The notes beneath the pieces were generated by a model that was not told the DNA's origin, did no database searches, and saw nothing but the letters and a program-made list of their open reading frames with translations. The position numbers and the translations under genes were made by a program. DNA of 64,000 bases from Candidatus Dojkabacteria bacterium. GTDB taxonomy: Bacteria > Patescibacteriota > Dojkabacteria > B142 > JAFGMG01. Of the stretch, positions 56,370 to 64,000 are shown piece after piece; within the stretch, counting starts at the first letter, position 1, and each line of letters opens with the position of its first letter. The stretch is taken from NCBI GenBank assembly GCA_016927655.1, contig JAFGMG010000001.1, positions 115,599 through 179,598 on the forward strand, in the 5' to 3' direction.

Positions 56370-58208
56370 CTAAATCTCAATATGCCAGCTCGTTATACTG
56401 TCAAAACGATCTTCAAGAGAAACCATATTTTCCATCTCGATTCCTCTAACCCGATTATTCGCAATATAACTATAAACAGGATGGTATAGATAAATCACAG
56501 GCAACTCATCAAGAACAATTTCCTGGAAAATTTGATACTCCGGCTTGCGGTCAGATTCATTAAAAAGAGCCCTGCCTTTCTCCAATACATAATCAACTTC
56601 TGGAGGAGTTTCTTTCTTCCCGCCCCGAATAACTACAGTCGTCTTTTCTGATTTATAACTTGAAATGTTCAAATTTGGATAACCGATCTGCGAACTATGG
56701 AAAAGCTCGTATCTATCAGGATCGATAAACGTACTAACACCATAAAGAAGCATATCGAAATATCCTGGCAGCAAATAATCATTATTCACCTCAGCAATTG
56801 TTTTCGCGACAAGGTTTAGTTTTACCCCTATTTGTTCCAAATCTTCCTGGATCAAAACCGCAATTTTTTCCCTGTCTGAATTATCTACATACACCATGTC
56901 CAATTCCAATATCTCTCCTGCGCTATTCTGCCTATACACTTGACCTTCGGCCAGAATCCATCCTGCTTCATCAAGCAGCTGGCCGGCTTTAACTGGATCA
57001 TATACATTTCTGGCAAAATCTGTATAGGCAAAAGACGTTACTGGGATTGGACCATCTGCTGCGACCCCTGCTCCGGCCAGACTCTCTACCAGGAATTGCT
57101 TATTGATAGCGGAATCAACGGCTTTGCGGACCTTCTTTTCTTTCAGCGAAGCTTTACTTGATTCTGCCAGGTTAAAATAAATTCCCCAGTATTGATTGTA
57201 AATAACATTACTTGGATAAATGCCCAGATTTGAAAGTGCCGACAGCTCGTGCAAACCATCAGAATTAATACCAATTAGTGAATGTATTTGCCCGGTTTTT
57301 ATATCTGAAACTGCTCTTGTCTGGTCTTTATAAAGTCTGAAAATGAATCTGGAGAGTCTGGCTTGATCGCCGTAGTAATTTTTATTCCTTCTTAAAATTA
57401 CTTCCTCTCCTGATAATGAGCCGACCGTAAATGGGCCAGTACCAATTGGATTGGTATTAATTTTTGGTTCTGCGTAAATAATGTTTGTTGAATCTACATT
57501 TTCCAAAAGGTGTGCAGGCAAAATCTTGAATGAAATGACCTCAAAAAAATTCGGAATCACTGAGCCTTCCTCCTTCAAAGAAAACTCGAGCCTGTAATCG
57601 TCGACTTTTGTAATTACGATTTTCGAGGCAGCTTTCGAATATACGCTTGAGGTCTGGTTCCCGAACTCCAGAGTTTCAAGTAGATTAAAAGTCGCAATCA
57701 CATCATCGGTAGTGAAATCTTCTCCGTCATGCCATTTAACCCCTTCGCGAATTTTAATTCTGAATTTCTTTCCATCACCTGCGTCAATCACACTTTCAGC
57801 AAGGACTTTTTTCAAGCTGCCATCTTGGTTCACCTTTATTAAAGGCTCATAGACAAGCTCAGCAATATCTCTTTTGAGCTGCATATTGGTGACTATTAGA
57901 GGGTTGATAAAATCAACCGTCTGGACTCCCCCATCTGGCTGCTGTCCGACAATCACCCCTTCAACCATCGTATCTGTATCGATCATCAAAACTGCAGATA
58001 TATCTCTTGAAACAAAAAATAGAAGTAAAGTCAGTAGAAAGAAGTTTAGAAAAAAATGGCTGAATGGTCTCGATTTCAAAAAAAACTGCCGGAACTGCGC
58101 AGCGAAAGACTCTTTCCCGACGAAGAATTTTTCCGGATAATCCCAGAAAAAGTCTCTAATCTTGATCAGGAAGTTTTCAATTTTTGAAAAAAGCCCAAAT
58201 AGTCCCAT
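56370..58208 (-). CDS. ABC transporter substrate-binding protein, family 5 (oligopeptide/nickel type), membrane anchored
   Basis: SBP_bac_5-like architecture (ELVYEPLIKVNQDGSL..., KWHDGEDFTTDDV...). N-terminal hydrophobic anchor. The true start may be an internal Met. Confidence 0.65.
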   Translation of the reverse strand: MGLFGLFSKIENFLIKIRDFFWDYPEKFFVGKESFAAQFRQFFLKSRPFSHFFLNFFLLTLLLFFVSRDISAVLMIDTDTMVEGVIVGQQPDGGVQTVDFINPLIVTNMQLKRDIAELVYEPLIKVNQDGSLKKVLAESVIDAGDGKKFRIKIREGVKWHDGEDFTTDDVIATFNLLETLEFGNQTSSVYSKAASKIVITKVDDYRLEFSLKEEGSVIPNFFEVISFKILPAHLLENVDSTNIIYAEPKINTNPIGTGPFTVGSLSGEEVILRRNKNYYGDQARLSRFIFRLYKDQTRAVSDIKTGQIHSLIGINSDGLHELSALSNLGIYPSNVIYNQYWGIYFNLAESSKASLKEKKVRKAVDSAINKQFLVESLAGAGVAADGPIPVTSFAYTDFARNVYDPVKAGQLLDEAGWILAEGQVYRQNSAGEILELDMVYVDNSDREKIAVLIQEDLEQIGVKLNLVAKTIAEVNNDYLLPGYFDMLLYGVSTFIDPDRYELFHSSQIGYPNLNISSYKSEKTTVVIRGGKKETPPEVDYVLEKGRALFNESDRKPEYQIFQEIVLDELPVIYLYHPVYSYIANNRVRGIEMENMVSLEDRFDSITSWHIEI

Positions 58209-58221
58209 AGAATTTTCAAAC

Positions 58222-58455
58222 TTATCTGCTTAGAACTAGAGCCAACGCTATTGAATTTATTACAAAAAGAACTGCCAGAAAGATTGTCATCCGGGAAAGA
58301 CCCGCCTCCAGGCCTCTTTTTGACCTATAGCTATCACCACCGCCTCCGCCGAAAACTGTTCCCAAACCTCCGCCGCCTTGCTGCAAAAGCACAACAAGTG
58401 AGAGAAGAATCGCAATTACTGCCTCTGAAATCTGCAAAACATTCTTTATTTCCAT
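58222..58455 (-). CDS. secG: Preprotein translocase subunit SecG
   Basis: 77 aa, two TM helices joined by a Gly-rich loop LLQQGGGGLGTVFGGGGG. Confidence 0.85.
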   Translation of the reverse strand: MEIKNVLQISEAVIAILLSLVVLLQQGGGGLGTVFGGGGGDSYRSKRGLEAGLSRMTIFLAVLFVINSIALALVLSR

Positions 58456-58859
58456 GAATTTTCGTCTAATTGTTTAAATATAAATGTCAGAAGGGCAGAA
58501 TATACTGCAGTTACGATAACTGCCAATGTTTCAGTTTCTATTTCCATCATTGGGAATTCTACCGGGCCGAAAGCTCCTCCGAGATATCCCGCTCGAAAGT
58601 CCAGAAAACCTACTACAACAGTATCAAGCATAAAGAAAAACGCAAATGTCAGAAGTGTTCCGACTATCACAAAACCCCAGAAGTTTTTAGGGAACTTGAA
58701 AAATCCAAGTATCGGCTCAATAGCAGAGATAACAAGTCCATACATGATGCCTGTTGCTACAAGAGAAAACACCCCTTCTTCTTCAATGACCCCATTGAAT
58801 GTTGTGACAACGAAGCTTAGAATTAGTATTTGAAATGCTAGATTTTTAATTATTGACAT
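58446..58859 (-). CDS. DUF360/YvlD-type (phage-holin-4_2-like) small membrane protein
   Basis: 137 aa, four TM helices. GVISAIEPILGFF... pattern resembles the DUF360 family. Confidence 0.45.
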   Translation of the reverse strand: MSIIKNLAFQILILSFVVTTFNGVIEEEGVFSLVATGIMYGLVISAIEPILGFFKFPKNFWGFVIVGTLLTFAFFFMLDTVVVGFLDFRAGYLGGAFGPVEFPMMEIETETLAVIVTAVYSALLTFIFKQLDENSWK

Positions 58860-58898
58860 GGGGCCATTGCTAATAAATTATCAGGCTATTTTAGCAAA

Positions 58899-59633
58899 TT
58901 AGGAAACAATTGTCCCGATGTACTCTTTCCCAATTAAAGCATTTTTGAAACTTTCCAGGTCGCTTCCTGATATTACAATAAAATTTTTTCCTGCCTCTTT
59001 TGCCATTGCGCTAGCGATAGGGTCTACGGGGTAATTACCTCCTGGTTCATGTTCCTTTTTACCTCCGATAATTTTAAAATATTCATCCCAGGTCAGCTGG
59101 TCTAATCTTGTAGCGCTTGGATCTTTTTTGGGGTCGGCTGTATAAACACCATCTATGTCTTTCAGACTTATAATCGTATCTACATTTATTTTCCCAGCCA
59201 TTAATAACGCATCTACGTCTCCACTATGCCCGGCTCTGCCTCCACCTCCCACTATTATTGATTTGCCTTCTTCAAAATCTATCTGTTTCTCATCATAATA
59301 ATCTTCATAGGCAACAATTCTTTCGTTACACAATTCCGCCATGTACGCGCGTACAATTTCTGCATTCAGATTATTACTTGTTGTCCCGATCCAGTGAAGC
59401 TGGATCGTTTCATTTATTCCTCCAGCTTTTGCAATGTCACGGTATTTACGCATCAGATAGCCTCCGCCCAAAACGATAAACATACGGACATCCTGAGTGA
59501 TTAATTCTTCAACGACTTCTTTGAACCTTGCCAAATATTCAAAATCAATAAGCTTATCTTCACTTTTGCTAATCATCGATCCGCCAAGTTTCACAACAAC
59601 AGTTTTCATAGAAAGTTTGATAATATTTCGCAT
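58899..59633 (-). CDS. pyrH: UMP kinase, archaeal-type
   Basis: Amino-acid-kinase fold: KLGGSMIS, VLGGGYLMRKYRDIAK (matches archaeal GGGKLARKY rather than bacterial GGGNLFRG), DIDGVYTADPKKDPSAT. Confidence 0.8.
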   Translation of the reverse strand: MRNIIKLSMKTVVVKLGGSMISKSEDKLIDFEYLARFKEVVEELITQDVRMFIVLGGGYLMRKYRDIAKAGGINETIQLHWIGTTSNNLNAEIVRAYMAELCNERIVAYEDYYDEKQIDFEEGKSIIVGGGGRAGHSGDVDALLMAGKINVDTIISLKDIDGVYTADPKKDPSATRLDQLTWDEYFKIIGGKKEHEPGGNYPVDPIASAMAKEAGKNFIVISGSDLESFKNALIGKEYIGTIVS

Positions 59634-59698
59634 TTTACCTCATTTGGCAATTTAAATTCAAAAATTCGTCAATTTGATATATCATATACAAACAGACT

Positions 59699-60421
59699 AT
59701 GGATTATTTAGGACTAATTCAAAAAGTAAAAGCTCAAGGAGCAGACACTCTTGCTTCTCCGACTTTCCCATTTAACCCGCCTGGAGGGACTATCACCCCT
59801 ACCCCGACACCAGTCGCAGATCAAAATTCAATCACTATCGAGACAGATTCTACGCAAATCACAACTGGCGAAAATATAAAAGTTAGAATCGCAATCGATT
59901 CACAAGCCGAAGAATTAGGAAGCTTCTCAATCACAATCAGTTTCGATCCGGAATATATGAAAGTACTTGATTCAGACCTGACACTTAGCGGGGTTCAGAT
60001 TGATTTTATCGACAGCGTCTTTGAAGCAACGACAAATACTGCTAATAATTCTACCGGAATAATTACTTTAAAAGGCGAGGTTGCAGAAGGCGAGGAGACC
60101 TCTCTTGCAAGGACTGTTGCCGAAATCGAATTTACCGCCTTGAAAGCTGGGACAAGCGAAGTAAAACTGATAGAATCCAGCAGCAGCCTTGTGAGTACAC
60201 AAGGAACTGATGTTCTTGAGGAAACCAACTCTTTGAACTTTAATATCTCCCTGCAGACAGCAACTACTACGAATGATACCGAAACAACTACAATTACCAT
60301 TCCAAAGACCGGGATCTACGATAATCCGGCATATCTCTCCATTTTGATTGGAATTCTCCTAGTGGCAATAGGTATTATCTTAGCTCGCACCTCCTCTAGT
60401 GAAAAAACACGAAAAAACTAA
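59699..60421 (+). CDS. Cohesin-domain-like surface protein with C-terminal IPKTG sortase-type sorting signal
   Basis: Thr/Pro-rich N-terminal region, a cohesin-like beta-sandwich segment (SFSITISFDPEYMKVLD), then IPKTG + TM helix + charged tail (ARTSSSEKTRKN). Confidence 0.5.
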   Translation: MDYLGLIQKVKAQGADTLASPTFPFNPPGGTITPTPTPVADQNSITIETDSTQITTGENIKVRIAIDSQAEELGSFSITISFDPEYMKVLDSDLTLSGVQIDFIDSVFEATTNTANNSTGIITLKGEVAEGEETSLARTVAEIEFTALKAGTSEVKLIESSSSLVSTQGTDVLEETNSLNFNISLQTATTTNDTETTTITIPKTGIYDNPAYLSILIGILLVAIGIILARTSSSEKTRKN

Positions 60422-61328
60422 ATCTCTGATGAGCACAATTGTGCAAATTGAGATCAATTCAGATATCAGCAAGGCTCTCGCGGAGGATTTAATTGACAAG
60501 GCCTTTTTGGAGTTTGATTATGTGATCAAAAAATTCTCAAGATTCGATCCTCAAAGTGAGCTCAACCAGCTTAACAGACATTCAGGTGAATTTTTTAGAG
60601 TCTCGGAAGAGCTGTTTACACTGATCGAACTAGCCCTGCAAGCCTCAAAAGAGTCGGGCGATGTCTTTGATCCGACAATAATCGATCTTCTGAAAACTTA
60701 TGGTTACGATAAAAGTTATAACCCGGAGAATATCGTTAGAAAATTAGACAAACCGGGTTTTAAAAAAGATTTTCAACGATTGTTAACCTCAAGACCAAAA
60801 CCAAGGGAGACAGAGCTAGATCAAAGTAACCAAGCGGTCAAACTCCAAAAAGGCCAGAAAATTGACCTCGGGGCGATCGGCAAGGGTTATGCAATCGATT
60901 TGGCAAGAAAAGTGCTCGAGCGAAACGGAATCAGTGATTTTCTGATCAATGCCGGTGGTGATATTTTTGGCAGATCGGTCAGTGCAGATAAGCCGAAAAC
61001 TGCCGCACTTTTCGATCCGCGAAATCCCGACAAATCACTTGGCAATATCAAACTATATAATTCGGCCCTTGCAGGCTCAGGAAATTTTGCTAGAAAAATC
61101 GGGATTTTCCAGCATATAATAAACCCGCTAAAAGGTACAAAAAGTCAAAATAGCGACATTCTGCAGACATACGTGATTGCACCAACAGCAACTGAGGCAG
61201 ATTTGTATTCTACCGTTTTATTTCTAACCGGCAAAAGTGGATTAGATTTGATCCACCAAAAAGGTTATCAAGGGCTAGTCATTTCAAATAGCGGTTTGAA
61301 AGGGAATATTGATATAATTGGCAATTAG
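60399..61328 (+). CDS. apbE: FAD:protein FMN transferase (ApbE family)
   Basis: IDLGAIGKGYAIDLA and FDPTIIDLLK...INAGGDIF are ApbE hallmarks. Confidence 0.85.
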   Translation: MKKHEKTKSLMSTIVQIEINSDISKALAEDLIDKAFLEFDYVIKKFSRFDPQSELNQLNRHSGEFFRVSEELFTLIELALQASKESGDVFDPTIIDLLKTYGYDKSYNPENIVRKLDKPGFKKDFQRLLTSRPKPRETELDQSNQAVKLQKGQKIDLGAIGKGYAIDLARKVLERNGISDFLINAGGDIFGRSVSADKPKTAALFDPRNPDKSLGNIKLYNSALAGSGNFARKIGIFQHIINPLKGTKSQNSDILQTYVIAPTATEADLYSTVLFLTGKSGLDLIHQKGYQGLVISNSGLKGNIDIIGN

Positions 61329-61376
61329 AATGTCGTTTTGCTATCATCATTTTTATCAAGTTGTTAGTATAAAAGT

Positions 61377-62444
61377 ATGAAAATAATTATTTTTGCAGGA
61401 GGCCATGGGACCAGACTCTGGCCGCTTTCTAGAAGAAATTCTCCAAAGCAGTTTGAAAAGTTTTTCCATGGCAAATCAACCCTGCAGATGGCAATTGAGA
61501 GAATTTCTCCTATTGTAGAATTTGCAGATATTTACATCAGCAGCAACAGTAAATACCAGACAATTCTGGAAGAGCAGCTTCCAGGAATTCCGGCAGAAAA
61601 TTTCATCTGGGAGCCAGAGCGAAGAGACCTAGCAGCTGCTGTTGGGCTCAGTTTTATGAAATTAAAAGCAGATGGATACGAAGGGCCGGTTGCTATCCTC
61701 TGGGCAGATCATTTAATGGATCACGTTGATGAATTCCGCCAGGCGCTTCTTACCGGGAAAGAACTAATTGAGAAAGATCCAAATAGATTTGTCTATCTTG
61801 GCGAAACTCCCCGATTTGCAAATCACAATCTCGGATGGATTACTGTTGGCGAAAAAATTGATGAAATAAATAAATTTGACATTCTCGAATTTAAAAAATG
61901 GAAGTACAGGCCAGAGCTGGAGCTTTGTAAAAATATGTTTGCATCCGGGAAAAGTTTCTGGAATCCCGGATACTTTGTGACTGCAGTAGATTTTGTAATT
62001 TCTCTTTATCAAAAATTTCAGCCGAAAATTTATTCTCAATTAGAAGAAATTGCGGCAAACCCCCGTTTGCTCGAACAGATTTATCCCGAAATTGAATCCG
62101 TCAGTTTTGACGACGCAATTTTAGAGCACACAACTCCGGATCAGGCAGTTGTGATCAAAGTCAATCTCGGCTGGAGCGATCCCGGGACTCTATACGCACT
62201 AAAAGAAGCTCTGCAAAAAAGTCCTGATGATAATATCACCCAAGGTAAAACTTACGATCTGGGGTCAAAAGATACACTTGTAGTAAACAAAGATGAGAGC
62301 AAACTTGTTGCTACATCAGGGCTCAATGGGATGGTCGTGATAAACACAAAAGATGTCCTTCTAGTTGTTCATAAAGATAATGTGCCGGATGTGAAAAAAA
62401 TCGTTAGTGAATTGGAGGAACGCGGAATGGAGGAATATATTTGA
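61377..62444 (+). CDS. Mannose-1-phosphate guanylyltransferase (NDP-sugar pyrophosphorylase)
   Basis: MKIIIFAGGHGTRLWPLSRRNSPKQF nucleotidyltransferase G-rich loop. 355 aa without an isomerase domain. Confidence 0.85.
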   Translation: MKIIIFAGGHGTRLWPLSRRNSPKQFEKFFHGKSTLQMAIERISPIVEFADIYISSNSKYQTILEEQLPGIPAENFIWEPERRDLAAAVGLSFMKLKADGYEGPVAILWADHLMDHVDEFRQALLTGKELIEKDPNRFVYLGETPRFANHNLGWITVGEKIDEINKFDILEFKKWKYRPELELCKNMFASGKSFWNPGYFVTAVDFVISLYQKFQPKIYSQLEEIAANPRLLEQIYPEIESVSFDDAILEHTTPDQAVVIKVNLGWSDPGTLYALKEALQKSPDDNITQGKTYDLGSKDTLVVNKDESKLVATSGLNGMVVINTKDVLLVVHKDNVPDVKKIVSELEERGMEEYI

Positions 62445-62476
62445 CCTCGTAAATTTATTTTTTAGGACTGATTAAT

Positions 62477-62965
62477 ATGCTTATTAAAATTATGGATTGG
62501 GGAGCTGATCTGGCTCACAGTATCGCAAAGCGGATTCCAGTGATTGGGAAATACTTTACGGATCAAGTAATCCGGTTTTTAATTATTGGCACAAGTGCCT
62601 TTTTGATAAATTTCGCTATTTACCAGAGTCTGATTTTATTACTCGATCATTTGATTGATAGCAATGATGACATCATAAGAGCATTGATAGTCGGACTGCC
62701 ATTTCTATTGGCTTACTTCATTGCTTATCTGTTCAATTTCTATATGAGTAAAAAGTGGACATTTAAGAATCAAAGTCCACAAACTGCCAGACAGGCATTT
62801 AAATTTCTAGCAGTAAATACTTTCAATGCAGTCAGCGGTGCAATAATTATTGCAATTTTGGACAACATTGGGATACCGCCGATCATCGGACAGCCGCTGT
62901 TTGTAGCTTGTGAAGCATTTTGGTCATATTTGCTATACAAGCTCTGGGTTTTTAAAGAGCCCTGA
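62477..62965 (+). CDS. GtrA-family membrane protein (polyprenol-linked sugar translocation associated)
   Basis: Four TM helices with FLIIGTSAFLINFAIYQ N-terminal pattern typical of GtrA. Confidence 0.65.
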   Translation: MLIKIMDWGADLAHSIAKRIPVIGKYFTDQVIRFLIIGTSAFLINFAIYQSLILLLDHLIDSNDDIIRALIVGLPFLLAYFIAYLFNFYMSKKWTFKNQSPQTARQAFKFLAVNTFNAVSGAIIIAILDNIGIPPIIGQPLFVACEAFWSYLLYKLWVFKEP

Positions 62966-62982
62966 TCAACATGTAATTTTAA

Positions 62983-63570
62983 TTATTCTTCATCAGATAC
63001 ATCCATACTTGGAAGCCCTTCAACGTCTTTGTGCCAATCAAAAGAAAGTAACTGATGAGCTGCATGTATCGCATCTGATAAGAATTTGAAGTTTGAACCT
63101 ATCCAATCAGGGTCTATCCCTGGCTCATCCGGATCCACTGCTCTTGAATGCTCGGGATGAATTCTTCTTTGTGCGTCAAAGGTTCTAGGAGAAAATCGCC
63201 TGCTAAAGTATGAGTGCAGCGTTTTTATTTTTCTTCGGCGAGAAGTCCAGTCTTCGCCTTTCTCGGGGCGGATTTCTTCAAAATCCACCTTGAGGATGCC
63301 TCCTCTGAAAGGATATCCGAAATAAAATCTCTCATCATATAAGACAGGATCATATTGCTCCCTTGCGTAAACAGCAGCATAATTTAAGGCCGTTGACAAA
63401 TCCGGATTATCATATAATACACTTTGAGGAGAACTAGATTCAGTCATTAGACTCGGTAATTCCTTTGATTTCCATCCATTAAGAATATCCAAAGCTAAAA
63501 TTCTCTTCTGATCTGGATCAAATCTCTGCTCAAATAATTCAATATAGTTTTTTGGGTTAGACTCAGGCAT
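62983..63570 (-). CDS. Hypothetical protein
   Basis: 195-aa ORF, acidic, no family recognised. Confidence 0.25.
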   Translation of the reverse strand: MPESNPKNYIELFEQRFDPDQKRILALDILNGWKSKELPSLMTESSSPQSVLYDNPDLSTALNYAAVYAREQYDPVLYDERFYFGYPFRGGILKVDFEEIRPEKGEDWTSRRRKIKTLHSYFSRRFSPRTFDAQRRIHPEHSRAVDPDEPGIDPDWIGSNFKFLSDAIHAAHQLLSFDWHKDVEGLPSMDVSDEE

Positions 63571-63658
63571 AACGATACTTATTATATATGTATTATATTT
63601 GCTTACTTCTAATTGTGCAACATTTTGCTATAATTGCACTTATGTATTAAAGATTGAA

Positions 63659-64000
63659 ATGACAATTCTTATCACCGGCGGAGCGGGCTACATCGGTTCT
63701 ATTACTGCAGCAAAACTAATCCAATCCGGTTATAAAGTAATAATTCTCGACAATCTTGAAAAAGGACACCAGGAAACTCTAGATCAAATAAAGCAGGTCG
63801 CAGGTGATTTTGAATTTATAAAAGTTGATTTGCGTGACAAGGAAAAGCTCGAGCTTGCACTTGGAGAGGTTGACTTTGATGCAGTTATTCATTTTGCAGC
63901 ATATATTGAGGTGGGCAGGAGCGTGAAAGAGCCAAAGGAGTTCATGGAGAATAATTTTGGCGGAGCAAAAAATTTGATTGAGGTAATCGTCAAAAAAGGA
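63659..64000 (+). CDS. galE: UDP-glucose 4-epimerase (5' part; continues past the window end)
   Basis: MTILITGGAGYIGS (GxxGxxG NAD-binding) ... FIKVDLRD ... HFAAYIEVGRSV. In frame to the window end, not in the ORF table. Confidence 0.9.
   Translation, partial: MTILITGGAGYIGSITAAKLIQSGYKVIILDNLEKGHQETLDQIKQVAGDFEFIKVDLRDKEKLELALGEVDFDAVIHFAAYIEVGRSVKEPKEFMENNFGGAKNLIEVIVKKG

Overview
This is a gene-dense, low-GC (roughly 37-40% by eye) bacterial segment with almost no non-coding space. Many short operons have overlapping start and stop codons. The gene content looks like a small-genome monoderm bacterium of the Patescibacteria/CPR type, but that is an inference from content, not a computed classification. 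The supporting content is: a Gram-positive-style type IV pilus locus (PilB, PilC, five prepilin-like genes, PilD) without PilMNOQ, two sortase-signal surface proteins, an archaeal-type UMP kinase, FemAB, many glycosyltransferases and membrane-anchored extracellular hydrolases, and a heliorhodopsin. Recognisable housekeeping genes include rplS, rnhB, folD, glyA, recJ, gatC/gatA/gatB, secG, probable secDF, rsmE, flavodoxin, apbE, pyrH, a mannose-1-phosphate guanylyltransferase and galE. I found four tRNA genes: Arg-TCG, Lys-CTT, Leu-GAG and Asp-GTC. The most unusual region is the tRNA-Asp locus at about 8.9-9.6 kb. A 5' tRNA fragment with a Lys(CTT)-type anticodon arm is truncated in its T-loop exactly where a small GIY-YIG nuclease gene starts. 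The stop codon of that gene lies inside tRNA-Asp. tRNA-Asp is followed by two near-identical tandem repeats (160-bp period), each carrying the tRNA 3' end plus a Lys-like anticodon-arm pseudo-fragment. Other points worth a second look: (1) a 7-kb pilus cassette separates gatC from gatA-gatB, and an ORF6N (phage-type) gene sits inside gatA-gatB; (2) a bacterial Elp3-like radical-SAM/GNAT gene is divergently paired with a SAM methyltransferase; (3) a protein-O-mannosylation-like gene set (GT39-like plus Dpm1-like) lies next to processive GT2 and tandem-GT4 genes; (4) a slightly higher-GC stretch carries three small Cys-rich ORFs behind a consensus sigma70-like promoter, a long leader and an intrinsic terminator. 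I saw no CRISPR array and no obvious transposase or integrase.
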